From positions 1 through 59,071 of the IMG/VR virus record IMGVR_UViG_3300043496_000120: a stretch of 59,071 nucleotides of DNA; one strand, written 5' to 3'. Shown here one piece after another: positions 1 through 9,070 of the stretch. The stretch's first letter is position 1. Every line of letters starts with the position of its first letter. The notes under the pieces were generated by a model, which did not search any database, was not told the origin of the DNA, and worked only from the letters and a program-made list of their open reading frames with translations. The stretch is from a virus. The position numbers and the translations under genes are program-made.

Positions 1-127
1 GTTCGAGGGCGAGCCCGCGATTGATGTCCTCCTGCGAAAAGTTCTGCTCGCGCAGCGTGCCGTTGACGTTCGTCTCTTTGATGAGGCGATCGGCACGACG
101 CGCGGCGGCATAGAACTCCCACAACGG
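1..127. repeat. terminal direct repeat identical to 58945..59071 (contig-end overlap; sequence closes into a 58,944-bp circle)
   Basis: both ends read base by base: 1-127 = 58945-59071. Confidence 0.95.
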
Positions 128-3100
128 CATGAGGCTTTCGCCGCCCGCGTCCTGGTACAGCGGACGGAACACCTCGAACATGCCTTTGCGTCCGGCCACA
201 GGTTGAAACGAGCCGTCCTTGTACTCCGGGACGCCGAGCTTCATAACGGCGGCCATGACCGCGTGACCATTCTTCGCCAGGTTGTACATCTTGTACGGCG
301 ATTCCGCGGCGTCGCCGAGGAAACCGCCGAACACTTCGCGCTCGATACGCGCGACCTGGTTGCCGGCGTCGAGCATGCCTTGCTTGAAACCTTCCCAGCC
401 ATCGCGGAAGTTCGACGCCTTCACGTCGGCGAGCCAGCGCCGCGCACGATCGCCGAGCGTCAGGTCTTCAGGCGGCGTCTTCATCGTGCGCGCCATCGAC
501 TCCTCTTGTTCCTTCGTGCCCTTCGCGCGCGCTACGCGATAGCGCACGTCGTCGACGGCGGGCTCGTCGTTCTTGTCGTAGTGGAAACCGCCATCGAGAC
601 GATGCCGCGGCGTCACCAGGTCGACCGGCGAACGCGAGTCATGCGACGGCGACAGCCCTGCGCGCTGGTGGTCGTGCGCGTTGTACATCACTTCGCGCAG
701 CTCGCTCGGCGAGTAGTCGACATCGCGACCCATCTTGCGCGACGTCGCGTTGAACCAGTCGTTGAACTTCTCGAACAGCGTCTTGCCGCGGCCGGCGGGG
801 TCGAGCTTCGCGAGATATTCTTCGGCGACGAGACGGCGGCCCTCGGGCAGTGATGCGTTCGCGCGGTAGTCGCGCGCGATCGAGGCGCGTTCCGATTTCG
901 GGATCGCGGACCATGCGCGATCGAGGAAATCGTTCAGCTCGTGCTTGTTGAAAATCTTGCGCAGACCGCCATGGCCGAGATGTTCTTCCGTCAGCGTGCG
1001 GTACAGCTCTTTCGGCGACGTCATCTTGTCGGCGATCACATGCACCTTGCCGGTGGCGCCGTCGTAGATGCCATGCACTCGGCCGCGGAACTCCGGCGAG
1101 ATGTTGTTGCGCAGTCGCGCCGGCAGGTCGGCTTCCGACTGATGCACTTCGACGTGCGTTTCAGCGGCGTGCCACTTCAGCAGTTTGACGAGGCCCTTCG
1201 CTGCCGACTTCGACATGCCTGGGCCGTCGTAGGCTACCTTCTGCCGAGGTGCGCTTTCGGATTTTTCGGCACCTTCGCCGGCCGGAACATCGGACTCGGC
1301 GCCTTTATCGCCTGGCTCGCCTTCGCCCGGACGCCCGGCATCTCCGACGTCTTCGGTTGCGGTGTCATGAACGGCTTCGGGCTCGCCTTGCGCGAGAGTT
1401 TCTTCAGCGGGAACAGGCTGCTCACGTTCGCCTCCCTCGGCGTGTGCGACTGGAACATCATGACCGAGCACGGTGACGTGCCCTTCGTTGCGGTAACCAT
1501 CGAATCCGTTCGCGACGACCTGGCGCTCGAACTCGTTGATGACGTGATCCTCGTCCATCGGCAGGCCGCGCGCTTCGACTTCAGCGCGCGCGCGCTGCAT
1601 CAGGTTGCGCGTGTCGCGGCCGAGATCGTAGACGTTGCGCAGCACCGCGCTCGCGTGACCATCGGGCACAGCCTGGCCGCGCTGCACTTCGTCGAGCACG
1701 ACGCGTCGACGCGAAGGCAGGCTCGCGTTGTCGAGCGACAGCCTGGCGAGCGGTTCGCCGTCAAAGCCGCGAGTGCCGGCCGTGACCGTCGTTCCGTCAG
1801 TCTCGGTGCTGGCGTGAACTGTGCTCGCATCCGGCTGCTGGTGACGCAGTGTGACGCGCGGCACGTTGTCTGAAACGGGTCCGGTCGCCGCCTCATCGCG
1901 GCCCGCGCCCTTCGCCCAGGTCTTGAACTCCGGCGCCGTCATGGAGCGCACGCGGCCCATGCCTTGCCAGCCCTTCGGGTATTCGCTCAGGTACGCTTGC
2001 TCGGCCGCGCGCTGGTTGCGGAATCCGAGCATGACCTTGTGCTCATCGAAGCCGCCATCGGGCTTGTGCTGGTCGACCACGAAGACCTGGCGCGTCGGAT
2101 TGTGCGGCTGGTCGCCGAGCAGAACGTCGAGATGATCGCCGTCCGCGCCGAGCGTGCCGCGAATGTAGCCGTAGTGGTGATTCATCACGCGCGAGAACGG
2201 ACGGCCGTCGAGGCCGATGCCGCTGCGCGTGGAGCCGCGCGGGTTCTCGATCGAGATGTCGAGACCCTGCGCGCGAATGTGACCCTTGCGATAGTTGCCT
2301 ACCGCGATTTTCGACGTGCTCGGCTGGCCCTCGGTTAGCGGGCTTGTCTCTGCAACGTGAGCTGCTGCATCGACTGAGAGAGGAGCCGCGCGCTGTCCGG
2401 CCGGTTCTTCTCCAGCCACTTCTCCACCGACTGCTGCTCCTCGCGTTTCATCCGCAGGAACGCGCTCGCCATTAAGCTCGGTGGCAGCGCGATCAGCTTG
2501 TTCGCCGTCACTCTCACGTCCAAGACGATACCTCGTGTTCTCTAGTCCGACATCTCCATCGGATCGCACGGCAGCTCCAGGATGTTGCCCCGGTTCCACG
2601 CGCTCTCCGCCAGCCTCAACCACATCGCCGGTCCCTCGGCCAGCTCTTTGCTCACGTAGAACGGAAGCCGTCCATACTGCTCTTTTAAGCGAGCTGCTAC
2701 CTGCTCCAGATGAGCGGATGACGGTGTCTCCCGCGATGGTGCGGAAGTCTGCGTTTGTGACGGGCTTCCCGTCCGACCACTCGAATCGTCCATTGTCAAA
2801 GTTGAAACGCATGCGCGATAGCGCGGGATGACGATCGTACACGTTCTCCATCGCCGTGTGTGCGAGCACGCCGGTATTGTGTTCAGCCGCCGCTTTGCTT
2901 CGGCCCGCCATCCATAGCCCCGTGAGGCGCTGCGTCTGAGCGGGTTCGAGATGGTGCGTCGAGCCAGTGCGGCCGGCGCTGGCCGCCATGTTCTCGGTGC
3001 GGCGGAAGTTGTTGATCGCGGTGAGGCCGCCGACGTCGGGCGATGCCTTGAAATTGTTGCGGTGTGCGAACGTGTTGATGATGTGGTAGAGGCGCGCGCC

Positions 3101-5425
3101 GTAGCCGCTGCCCTCGCGCGCGCGGCTGATGTCGAACTGCATCTTGCCGGTCTCGCCGTCGACGTGCAGCGCTGCCGGCGTCGTCGGCGCGCCGTAGCGG
3201 TCGCCGGTCGGCATGTGGATCATGTACGTCTGATCGCCGTGCTCGTTCGTTTCGCCAAGCTGCTCGACGTCGACGTCCGGCGCAATGGCCTTCGCGATGC
3301 CGGCGAGAGTCGTTTCACCTTCGGGAGCGTCGGGAAGCTGACGCGCACCAGGTGCTTGCGTCGCCTCGTGGACAGCGCGGCCGAGCGCCGGAAAGTCAGC
3401 GCTCACGCCGCTCACCGGCTGGTCGAGCTCTGGCGGCATCTCGGCGTCGCCGCTGATATGGTTTTCGATCAGCGCGGCGGGGTGAACCTCCTCCTCGCCG
3501 AGCCGGAAACGAGGCTCCGCGTCGTGGTCGCCGACGAAGCCCGGAAGATCTGATTCGTGCGGCGGCTCGGTGCCGAATACCTCCGCGCCGGCCGCTTGCT
3601 CGCTCTGCTGCTCGGCCGCGCTCGACTCCGGCGTGACGCCCATCTCGGCCGCCTCCGGGCTCGTCGCCGCCTGGTGCGCCGCGTAGGCTTCCTCGTCGCG
3701 GGTCTGGCCGGTCTTCGCGATATGGCGCAGCTCCGCGATCGTGGAGAGGCCGCTGCGCTTGCCGTCGTTGAACTCGGTGAGCGCGTAGTCGGCGCGAGCG
3801 CGTGCTTCGGGCGCGTCGCCGATGTCGTCGAGCACCTTCGAGAAGCGGGCTTCCCAGCCCGCCTGCTGCGCCGTGGCGGCCTTCGCCTCCTCGGCCGAGC
3901 CGAAACCCGCTCGCGCCGCGGTGACGTCCTCCGGCCGCTGCACGTCGGCGTGCGGGCTCACGTGCGCCGCGCCCATGCCCATGCCGAGCGCAACGTCGCT
4001 CGCGACATCGGCCGCGTCTGAGGGCGCGCCAGCGGCCGCACGCTGCGAAGCGCCGAGCGCACCCTGCGACGCACCGCCCTGGGCGAGCCGGGCCATCAGC
4101 GAGCCGGGCGCTGCCAGCGCGGGGGTGTTGAAGATGATGTTCGAGCCCAGCTCGCCAGCGAACTCCGCGCCGGATGGGGCGTCGCCCTCCTGCGCGCGCG
4201 CCAGGGCGCCTTCCGTGGTCGTGGGCACTGCCATGGCCGTCGCGCCAGGCAGGTTCGCTTCTACGGCCGCGGCGGCGGTCTGGAGCGCGGTGAGATCGGC
4301 CGGCGCCGTGAGGGTCGCCAGCTCCGGGTTGCGCGTCGCCATCGCGAGCGCGAACGCTGGAGCCATGTCGCCGAGCTTGGCGACGAGCTTCTGCGCGAAG
4401 CCCTGCGGCACCGATCCTGCGCGCAGCTCTTTCGCCTCCTCGACGTCCGGCTGCACCAGGTTGTTGAACACCCAATCCTGAGCCGCGTGTTCGTCGCCGC
4501 CGAATTCCTTCGCGATCGAATCGAACAGCATCGCGGGCGGAGCCGCGACGAGCAGGTTCACGGTCGCCGGAATTCCCATGGCGCCGGCCGCAAGATGCGT
4601 CGCGCCCATCTCGCCGAGATCAGCGGCGTCGGACGACAGGCCGCCGATCTTGTCGAGGAATGATTGATCCGGCTGCGTTTCAGGATTGTCGCCCTGCAAC
4701 GATGACGGCAGCGGGACGTCCGTGTCGTGGTGCAGATAGAAATCCGACTGCTTCGCCGGCAGCGCGTTGACGCCGTACATCTCCAGCGCGCGCGATGCGT
4801 CCTGGCCGCTGAGCTGCGCGAGAATCGAGTCGCGCTGGTACGGCAGATCGGCCGCCTCTTTCGAGATGACGTCGCGTGCGTAAGCGCGGCGCTGATCCTC
4901 GGGCATCATCTCCGGCGGCGTCGAGTCGTAGACCTGCTTGTAGCGATCCGACGCCATGAGCTTTTCATGGTTCATGCCGGCGATGATGTCGCTGGCCTTC
5001 GTGTCGGTCATCGGATCGTCAGGGCCTTGACCGGCCATTTGCGACAGCACCGCGTCGATGCGCGCCAGGCGCTTCGCCGAGGTCGCCGCTTTCGCCTTGG
5101 TCTCGACGTCGGCGTTCGGATCGCTGCCGCTGTCGATGTCAGTCAGGTACGGCGCGCGTTTCGCAATGAGGCTCGTGAGCGTCGTCGGGTCTGTCGACGG
5201 CATGCTCGGCGCTTCATCGCGCGTGCTCGCGTGATACGCCTCCGACGCGTGATCCTTGAGGTGACCCCAATACTGGCCCCACCAGTCTTCAGGGTCCGGC
5301 GTGCTTTGCGCGGCGAGCGAGTCGAGCGCGCTACCGTAGTCGGACGGCTGCTGCTGGTCGTCGTCCTGTGGCAGCGTGCCGCCGGCAAGTGCAGCGAGAG
5401 AATCGGCGTAAGAGGGAGTCGCCAT
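1..5425 (-). CDS. 5' 1,808 codons of an uninterrupted giant ORF (2,551 codons after circular closure; 3' part is 56714..58944). Virion-associated multidomain, polyvalent-type protein with an inorganic-pyrophosphatase-like domain (~1915..2300)
   Basis: ATG at 5425, directly after the stop of the upstream gene. The frame (first codon base = 1 mod 3) has no stop down to the window edge by hand translation, and the track lists no ORF in this frame, consistent with a missing stop. YGYIRGTLGADGDHLDVLLG resembles the family I pyrophosphatase core. Coding signal leaves this frame in 2335..~2715 (see findings). Confidence 0.7.
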   Translation of the reverse strand, partial: MATPSYADSLAALAGGTLPQDDDQQQPSDYGSALDSLAAQSTPDPEDWWGQYWGHLKDHASEAYHASTRDEAPSMPSTDPTTLTSLIAKRAPYLTDIDSGSDPNADVETKAKAATSAKRLARIDAVLSQMAGQGPDDPMTDTKASDIIAGMNHEKLMASDRYKQVYDSTPPEMMPEDQRRAYARDVISKEAADLPYQRDSILAQLSGQDASRALEMYGVNALPAKQSDFYLHHDTDVPLPSSLQGDNPETQPDQSFLDKIGGLSSDAADLGEMGATHLAAGAMGIPATVNLLVAAPPAMLFDSIAKEFGGDEHAAQDWVFNNLVQPDVEEAKELRAGSVPQGFAQKLVAKLGDMAPAFALAMATRNPELATLTAPADLTALQTAAAAVEANLPGATAMAVPTTTEGALARAQEGDAPSGAEFAGELGSNIIFNTPALAAPGSLMARLAQGGASQGALGASQRAAAGAPSDAADVASDVALGMGMGAAHVSPHADVQRPEDVTAARAGFGSAEEAKAATAQQAGWEARFSKVLDDIGDAPEARARADYALTEFNDGKRSGLSTIAELRHIAKTGQTRDEEAYAAHQAATSPEAAEMGVTPESSAAEQQSEQAAGAEVFGTEPPHESDLPGFVGDHDAEPRFRLGEEEVHPAALIENHISGDAEMPPELDQPVSGVSADFPALGRAVHEATQAPGARQLPDAPEGETTLAGIAKAIAPDVDVEQLGETNEHGDQTYMIHMPTGDRYGAPTTPAALHVDGETGKMQFDISRAREGSGYGARLYHIINTFAHRNNFKASPDVGGLTAINNFRRTENMAASAGRTGSTHHLEPAQTQRLTGLWMAGRSKAAAEHNTGVLAHTAMENVYDRHPALSRMRFNFDNGRFEWSDGKPVTNADFRTIAGDTVIRSSGAGSSSLKRAVWTASVLREQRAGRGTGDVVEAGGERVEPGQHPGAAVRSDGDVGLENTRYRLGRESDGEQADRAATELNGERVPADETRGAAVGGEVAGEEPAGQRAAPLSVDAAAHVAETSPLTEGQPSTSKIAVGNYRKGHIRAQGLDISIENPRGSTRSGIGLDGRPFSRVMNHHYGYIRGTLGADGDHLDVLLGDQPHNPTRQVFVVDQHKPDGGFDEHKVMLGFRNQRAAEQAYLSEYPKGWQGMGRVRSMTAPEFKTWAKGAGRDEAATGPVSDNVPRVTLRHQQPDASTVHASTETDGTTVTAGTRGFDGEPLARLSLDNASLPSRRRVVLDEVQRGQAVPDGHASAVLRNVYDLGRDTRNLMQRARAEVEARGLPMDEDHVINEFERQVVANGFDGYRNEGHVTVLGHDVPVAHAEGGEREQPVPAEETLAQGEPEAVHDTATEDVGDAGRPGEGEPGDKGAESDVPAGEGAEKSESAPRQKVAYDGPGMSKSAAKGLVKLLKWHAAETHVEVHQSEADLPARLRNNISPEFRGRVHGIYDGATGKVHVIADKMTSPKELYRTLTEEHLGHGGLRKIFNKHELNDFLDRAWSAIPKSERASIARDYRANASLPEGRRLVAEEYLAKLDPAGRGKTLFEKFNDWFNATSRKMGRDVDYSPSELREVMYNAHDHQRAGLSPSHDSRSPVDLVTPRHRLDGGFHYDKNDEPAVDDVRYRVARAKGTKEQEESMARTMKTPPEDLTLGDRARRWLADVKASNFRDGWEGFKQGMLDAGNQVARIEREVFGGFLGDAAESPYKMYNLAKNGHAVMAAVMKLGVPEYKDGSFQPVAGRKGMFEVFRPLYQDAGGESLMPLWEFYAAARRADRLIKETNVNGTLREQNFSQEDINRGLALE
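2335..2523 (-). CDS. small ORF (62 aa, helical-looking) in an alternative frame inside the giant ORF
   Basis: TTG start 7 nt after GAGG. Third-position G+C ~89% here versus ~40% in the giant-ORF frame (hand count). Confidence 0.55.
   Translation of the reverse strand: MDVRVTANKLIALPPSLMASAFLRMKREEQQSVEKWLEKNRPDSARLLSQSMQQLTLQRQAR
2542..2799 (-). CDS. ORF in an alternative frame inside the giant ORF. Only the last ~55 codons (below ~2715) look coding. It may be the C-terminus of the upstream module, reached by a +1 shift.
   Basis: ORF track. GC3 ~78% versus ~46% in the giant-ORF frame for 2545..2715. The N-terminal part is junk-like where the other frame looks coding. TAG stop at 2542. Confidence 0.45.
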   Translation of the reverse strand: MTMDDSSGRTGSPSQTQTSAPSRETPSSAHLEQVAARLKEQYGRLPFYVSKELAEGPAMWLRLAESAWNRGNILELPCDPMEMSD

Positions 5426-5428
5426 ACA

Positions 5429-6841
5429 TTAGGTGAACTCGGGCTGCTGCTGCTGTTGTTCGAGATACCAGTCGATGTATCCGTTCGCATCCTGGTCTGG
5501 CATCGCGTCCTGAACCTGAAACTCCGCCTGACGGCGCAGCTTGTCTTGCTGCACCGGGTTCTCCGACGTCGCTAGACGATCGAGCGTCGCGTGCAAGCCC
5601 TGGCCTTCGGGCGATTGCGCGAGCTGCTGCTGCATTTGGCTGTACTGCGCCGACTGATCCATTTGGTCGCTCGGCGTTTCAACGCCGTCCGGCGCTTCGC
5701 TCGTGTCGCCGCCAGCATTCGGGTCGGGCACAGCCGAATCACCGCCGGCCATGTCGGCCACCTGCGCGTTCGGATCGGTTCCGGGGATCGGCGCCTGAGC
5801 TTGCGGGCCGCCGCCTGTTGCGTCTGTGGCCGTTGCCTTCATGTCCGCACCTTGTGGTTCTGCATCGTTGAGAACGTCGGGTGCGTTCGCGCTGGCGAGT
5901 GCGCCAGAGTTTTTGATTCCGCCGGTCGTGTCGCCAGGCGCGGCGATGAAGTCGCTCGGCGACGGCGTGGCGCCGCCCGTTTCAGTATCGGCGGTCGGGC
6001 GCGACGACATCATGCCGTCGATCTGCTTCTGCGGCGCGCGCTTCAGCGTGTCGAGCAGCATGCTCGGATCGGTGTCCGGGTGAGCCTTCAGCGTGTCGTC
6101 GTAAAGCTGCTGGCGATCCGGGCTCAGGTGCGCAGAGTCAGCGCCGGCAGCAGTCTTGTCCGCGGTCGACGTGAAGCCGGCCGACTTGCGCAGGTCGCGC
6201 AGATCGGTGCGCGTCGCAGAGATTTGCGCGTCGAGCGCCTTCAGCTTGTCGGCGCCCTCGGCGGCGGCTTTCGGATCGAGCTTGCTGAGCGGGTTGTTGA
6301 TCTCCTTGTTCAGCTCGTCGCGTTCCTTCATGTACGACGTCAGCTCGGCCTCGGTCGAATGTAGTGCCGTCGCCGCGCGATTCTTTTCATCGGTGGACTC
6401 CGCGCGCTTGTCGCGTTCGCCCTGGCGCGCATCGTCGCGCGCTGACTTGTCTCGATCGAGCGCCAGGTGCGCGCCGGAGATTCCCAGCTCGGCGTTGCGG
6501 TACGCCACTTCGTCGCCGTGCTCGGCCACGCGCCGCGCTTCGTCGGCAGCGTGAATCTCTTTTTCCGTGTCGAGGCGTTTCTGTTCGCGGTCGCCCTCGG
6601 CGCCGATGGTCTTGTCGAGGCGGGCGTTCTCCTCGCCGGAGTGGAAGCGCGCCAGGTTCTCGTCCATTGCACGGCGCGCAGCATCGCGCGCGTCCTCGTG
6701 CTTCTCTTTGCGCTCGTCGTTCTCGCGAGCCTCGTGCATCTTGCCTATCTCGGCGAGGCCACGCGATAGGCCGTCGAGCACATTCGCCCAGCGGTTCCGC
6801 GGTGACGCTTTCAGAAACGGACTCTCGAAGACGGCCATCAC
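5429..6841 (-). CDS. internal-virion/ejection-type protein, 470 aa; charged coiled-coil half plus a P/G/D/Q-rich half
   Basis: ORF track; overlapping start/stop with neighbours; composition; position upstream of the giant ORF. Confidence 0.6.
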   Translation of the reverse strand: MMAVFESPFLKASPRNRWANVLDGLSRGLAEIGKMHEARENDERKEKHEDARDAARRAMDENLARFHSGEENARLDKTIGAEGDREQKRLDTEKEIHAADEARRVAEHGDEVAYRNAELGISGAHLALDRDKSARDDARQGERDKRAESTDEKNRAATALHSTEAELTSYMKERDELNKEINNPLSKLDPKAAAEGADKLKALDAQISATRTDLRDLRKSAGFTSTADKTAAGADSAHLSPDRQQLYDDTLKAHPDTDPSMLLDTLKRAPQKQIDGMMSSRPTADTETGGATPSPSDFIAAPGDTTGGIKNSGALASANAPDVLNDAEPQGADMKATATDATGGGPQAQAPIPGTDPNAQVADMAGGDSAVPDPNAGGDTSEAPDGVETPSDQMDQSAQYSQMQQQLAQSPEGQGLHATLDRLATSENPVQQDKLRRQAEFQVQDAMPDQDANGYIDWYLEQQQQQPEFT

Positions 6842-7923
6842 ATGCCCCCTGGAGGTGCTGCGTTCGGATCGCCGCCGCTACCATCGTCAGGCGGCGGCGC
6901 GTTCGGGTCTGCGTTCGGATCGCCGCCCTGGTCCGGCGGCGGTGCTTGCTGCTGCGGCGCTCCGCCTGGCGCTCCACCTTGCGGCACGAGCCGCGGATGG
7001 CCGCGCGATTGAAAGTCAGAGATCGACGACGGCGGCTTGTAGCGCCCGCTCGCGAGCGCGGCCTTGCCTTGCGCGGCGCGTGAAAGGAAATCGCTGAGCT
7101 GGTTCGGTGAAATCTGATCGCTCGGATTCCAGTGTTCGAGCGCGCCACTGTCGGCTTCGCGCTGGAGCTGCTGCATGTAGAACTGCCGCGCCTCGTCCTG
7201 GTTGTTCAACCCGGAGTCGATCACGTTGTTGCCGAAGTACTGGCACGCGTAGAGCTTCGCCATGCCGAGCAGCTTTTGCTCCTGCGGCGAGTCGGCCGGC
7301 GGCGGATTCTTGATCGCTCCAGACCGCACGCCGATCTCGTACACGTGCGACATGATCTCGTCGGCGCCGTGGTAGAGCACGTCCGGCGGATAGTCGACGC
7401 CCTGATGCTTCGCGTTCGTGAACAGCAGCCACGCGACCTGCGCGGTCGTGCGACCGACAGCCTGGTCCGCCTTCATGCCGGTCACGTTCAAGTGGTCGAT
7501 GATGACGTCGCGCGGCGCCTTGCCGTCTTCGTTCGGCTTGCCGTCTTTGCCGGCGGGTTTGCGCGGATCGTTGATGAACAGCAACGCGCGCGTCACGAAG
7601 TCATCGTAAGCGTGCTGCTCCTGCTGCGATACCTCCGTTTCATCCGCCGACTCCATCACGCCGCTGGTTTGATGCTGCCCGGACGGTCCAGCCGTCACCG
7701 CGCCGGAGTGATCGGCGGCGGCTACTTCTTCGTCGCTGTACTCAGTGCCAGGCGAGGCGGTCGGATCAGCTCCGCCGCCGGCCATGAAGTCGCCGCCCGG
7801 ATCAGCCGCGGCTTGCGCCTCTCCTGAAACGGTCGGGTCCGCACCTTGCGGCGGACCACCAGGCGCAGCACCAGGATCGGCACCGCCGCCCGCAGGTAGG
7901 AAATCGTCAGGCGCGGTTTGCAT
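6838..7923 (-). CDS. hypothetical virion protein, 361 aa, with G/P/D-rich termini
   Basis: ORF track; same operon frame logic. Confidence 0.6.
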   Translation of the reverse strand: MQTAPDDFLPAGGGADPGAAPGGPPQGADPTVSGEAQAAADPGGDFMAGGGADPTASPGTEYSDEEVAAADHSGAVTAGPSGQHQTSGVMESADETEVSQQEQHAYDDFVTRALLFINDPRKPAGKDGKPNEDGKAPRDVIIDHLNVTGMKADQAVGRTTAQVAWLLFTNAKHQGVDYPPDVLYHGADEIMSHVYEIGVRSGAIKNPPPADSPQEQKLLGMAKLYACQYFGNNVIDSGLNNQDEARQFYMQQLQREADSGALEHWNPSDQISPNQLSDFLSRAAQGKAALASGRYKPPSSISDFQSRGHPRLVPQGGAPGGAPQQQAPPPDQGGDPNADPNAPPPDDGSGGDPNAAPPGGM

Positions 7924-9070
7924 CGAGGCGAGCCCTCAAGTCGTTGAAGAATTGTTCGTTGCGCGTCGCACCCTGCGCGAGATTGCGCGCGCCGGTCTGC
8001 GTGGCGCGCTGTGCATTCGCTGCACCCGTGCCGCTCGCCGGCAAGAAGTCGCTGCCCGACGCGGCGCCGGCCGCTGCTGTCGGAAGGTTGTTTTGCTGCG
8101 TCGTGTCGCCAGTGTCCGCGGTCGCGTTCGCATCGAGCGATCCGCCGGCCTGCATCGTGCCGACCGTGGGCGCAACGCCGCCAGCTTGCGCAGGTGCGCC
8201 GGCCTGCTGCGCCGGCTTCTGATCCGCGCCAGTCACGCCCGCTTTGTACACGGCCGCGAGATCGGTGCTGTTGCCCTTCTCGTCCATGCCGAAGTACGCA
8301 CCGCCAGGCCACAAACCTTCTTCCGCGCGCGTCGGTTCTTTCAGCGCGCCGCTGATAGCTTGAAACGCCGTGCTCGCGAACATCAGCTTTTCGCCGGTCG
8401 ACATGCCGCCCCAAAATCCCTTGACGGCTCCGCCCGCTTTCGAGAGGAGACTGGTGCCCGCGCTCGTACCGCTGCCGGCGCCGGTCGCCGCGCCCGTTGC
8501 GTCAGCACCCGCGGTCGTCGACGCGGCTGATCCGTCCGCGGCGTACTGCGTGCCTTCGAGCGGCGACGTGATGCCTGGCAATCCGCCGCCGGCCGTTTCA
8601 GCAGCGGTAGCACCCGCGTCGGCGCCGAAGCCCGTGCCCTCGACTGACGACGTGATGCCCGGCATTCCTTCAGCCGCAGCACCGCCGGCAAGCGCAGCAC
8701 CGCCGCCCGCTTCAGCAGCGCCGAGGCCGACGCCGGCAGCAACGCCACCGGCCGCGGTGAACTCGGCGGCAGACATCGCAGCAGCGCCCGCGCCGTACTC
8801 CGCCGCGGTGGAGATGCCGAGCGCCGCCGTCATCGAGCCTGCCTCGGCCGTGCCGGCGATGGCCGCAGTCGTGCCGGCGTACCCAGCACCCGCAGCGACA
8901 GCGCCCGACTCCGCGGCGACGGCTCCTGTTGCGGCGGGCGCCATGGCGCCAGCGGCGAGACCGGCGGTGAAGTAGATGGCCGCGCAGATAACGATCACCT
9001 TCCAGTACTTCTTGACGAAGGAGCCGACCGCTTTGAACACCTTCTTGATGCCCTTCACTATGCCGCCCAT
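7907..9070 (-). CDS. membrane-anchored G/A/T-rich protein (387 aa, start MGGIVKGIKK, N-terminal TM helix)
   Basis: in-frame ATG at 9070. The upstream part of track ORF 7907..9196 is Arg-rich and overlaps the GNAT gene. Confidence 0.6.
   Translation of the reverse strand: MGGIVKGIKKVFKAVGSFVKKYWKVIVICAAIYFTAGLAAGAMAPAATGAVAAESGAVAAGAGYAGTTAAIAGTAEAGSMTAALGISTAAEYGAGAAAMSAAEFTAAGGVAAGVGLGAAEAGGGAALAGGAAAEGMPGITSSVEGTGFGADAGATAAETAGGGLPGITSPLEGTQYAADGSAASTTAGADATGAATGAGSGTSAGTSLLSKAGGAVKGFWGGMSTGEKLMFASTAFQAISGALKEPTRAEEGLWPGGAYFGMDEKGNSTDLAAVYKAGVTGADQKPAQQAGAPAQAGGVAPTVGTMQAGGSLDANATADTGDTTQQNNLPTAAAGAASGSDFLPASGTGAANAQRATQTGARNLAQGATRNEQFFNDLRARLDANRA

Noticed and set aside
1-127. 127-bp repeat as a biological direct terminal repeat
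   Set aside because: It interrupts the largest ORF in frame, and its length equals a common assembler k-mer. An assembly overlap is more likely. I kept it as a low-interest finding because only read data can settle the question.
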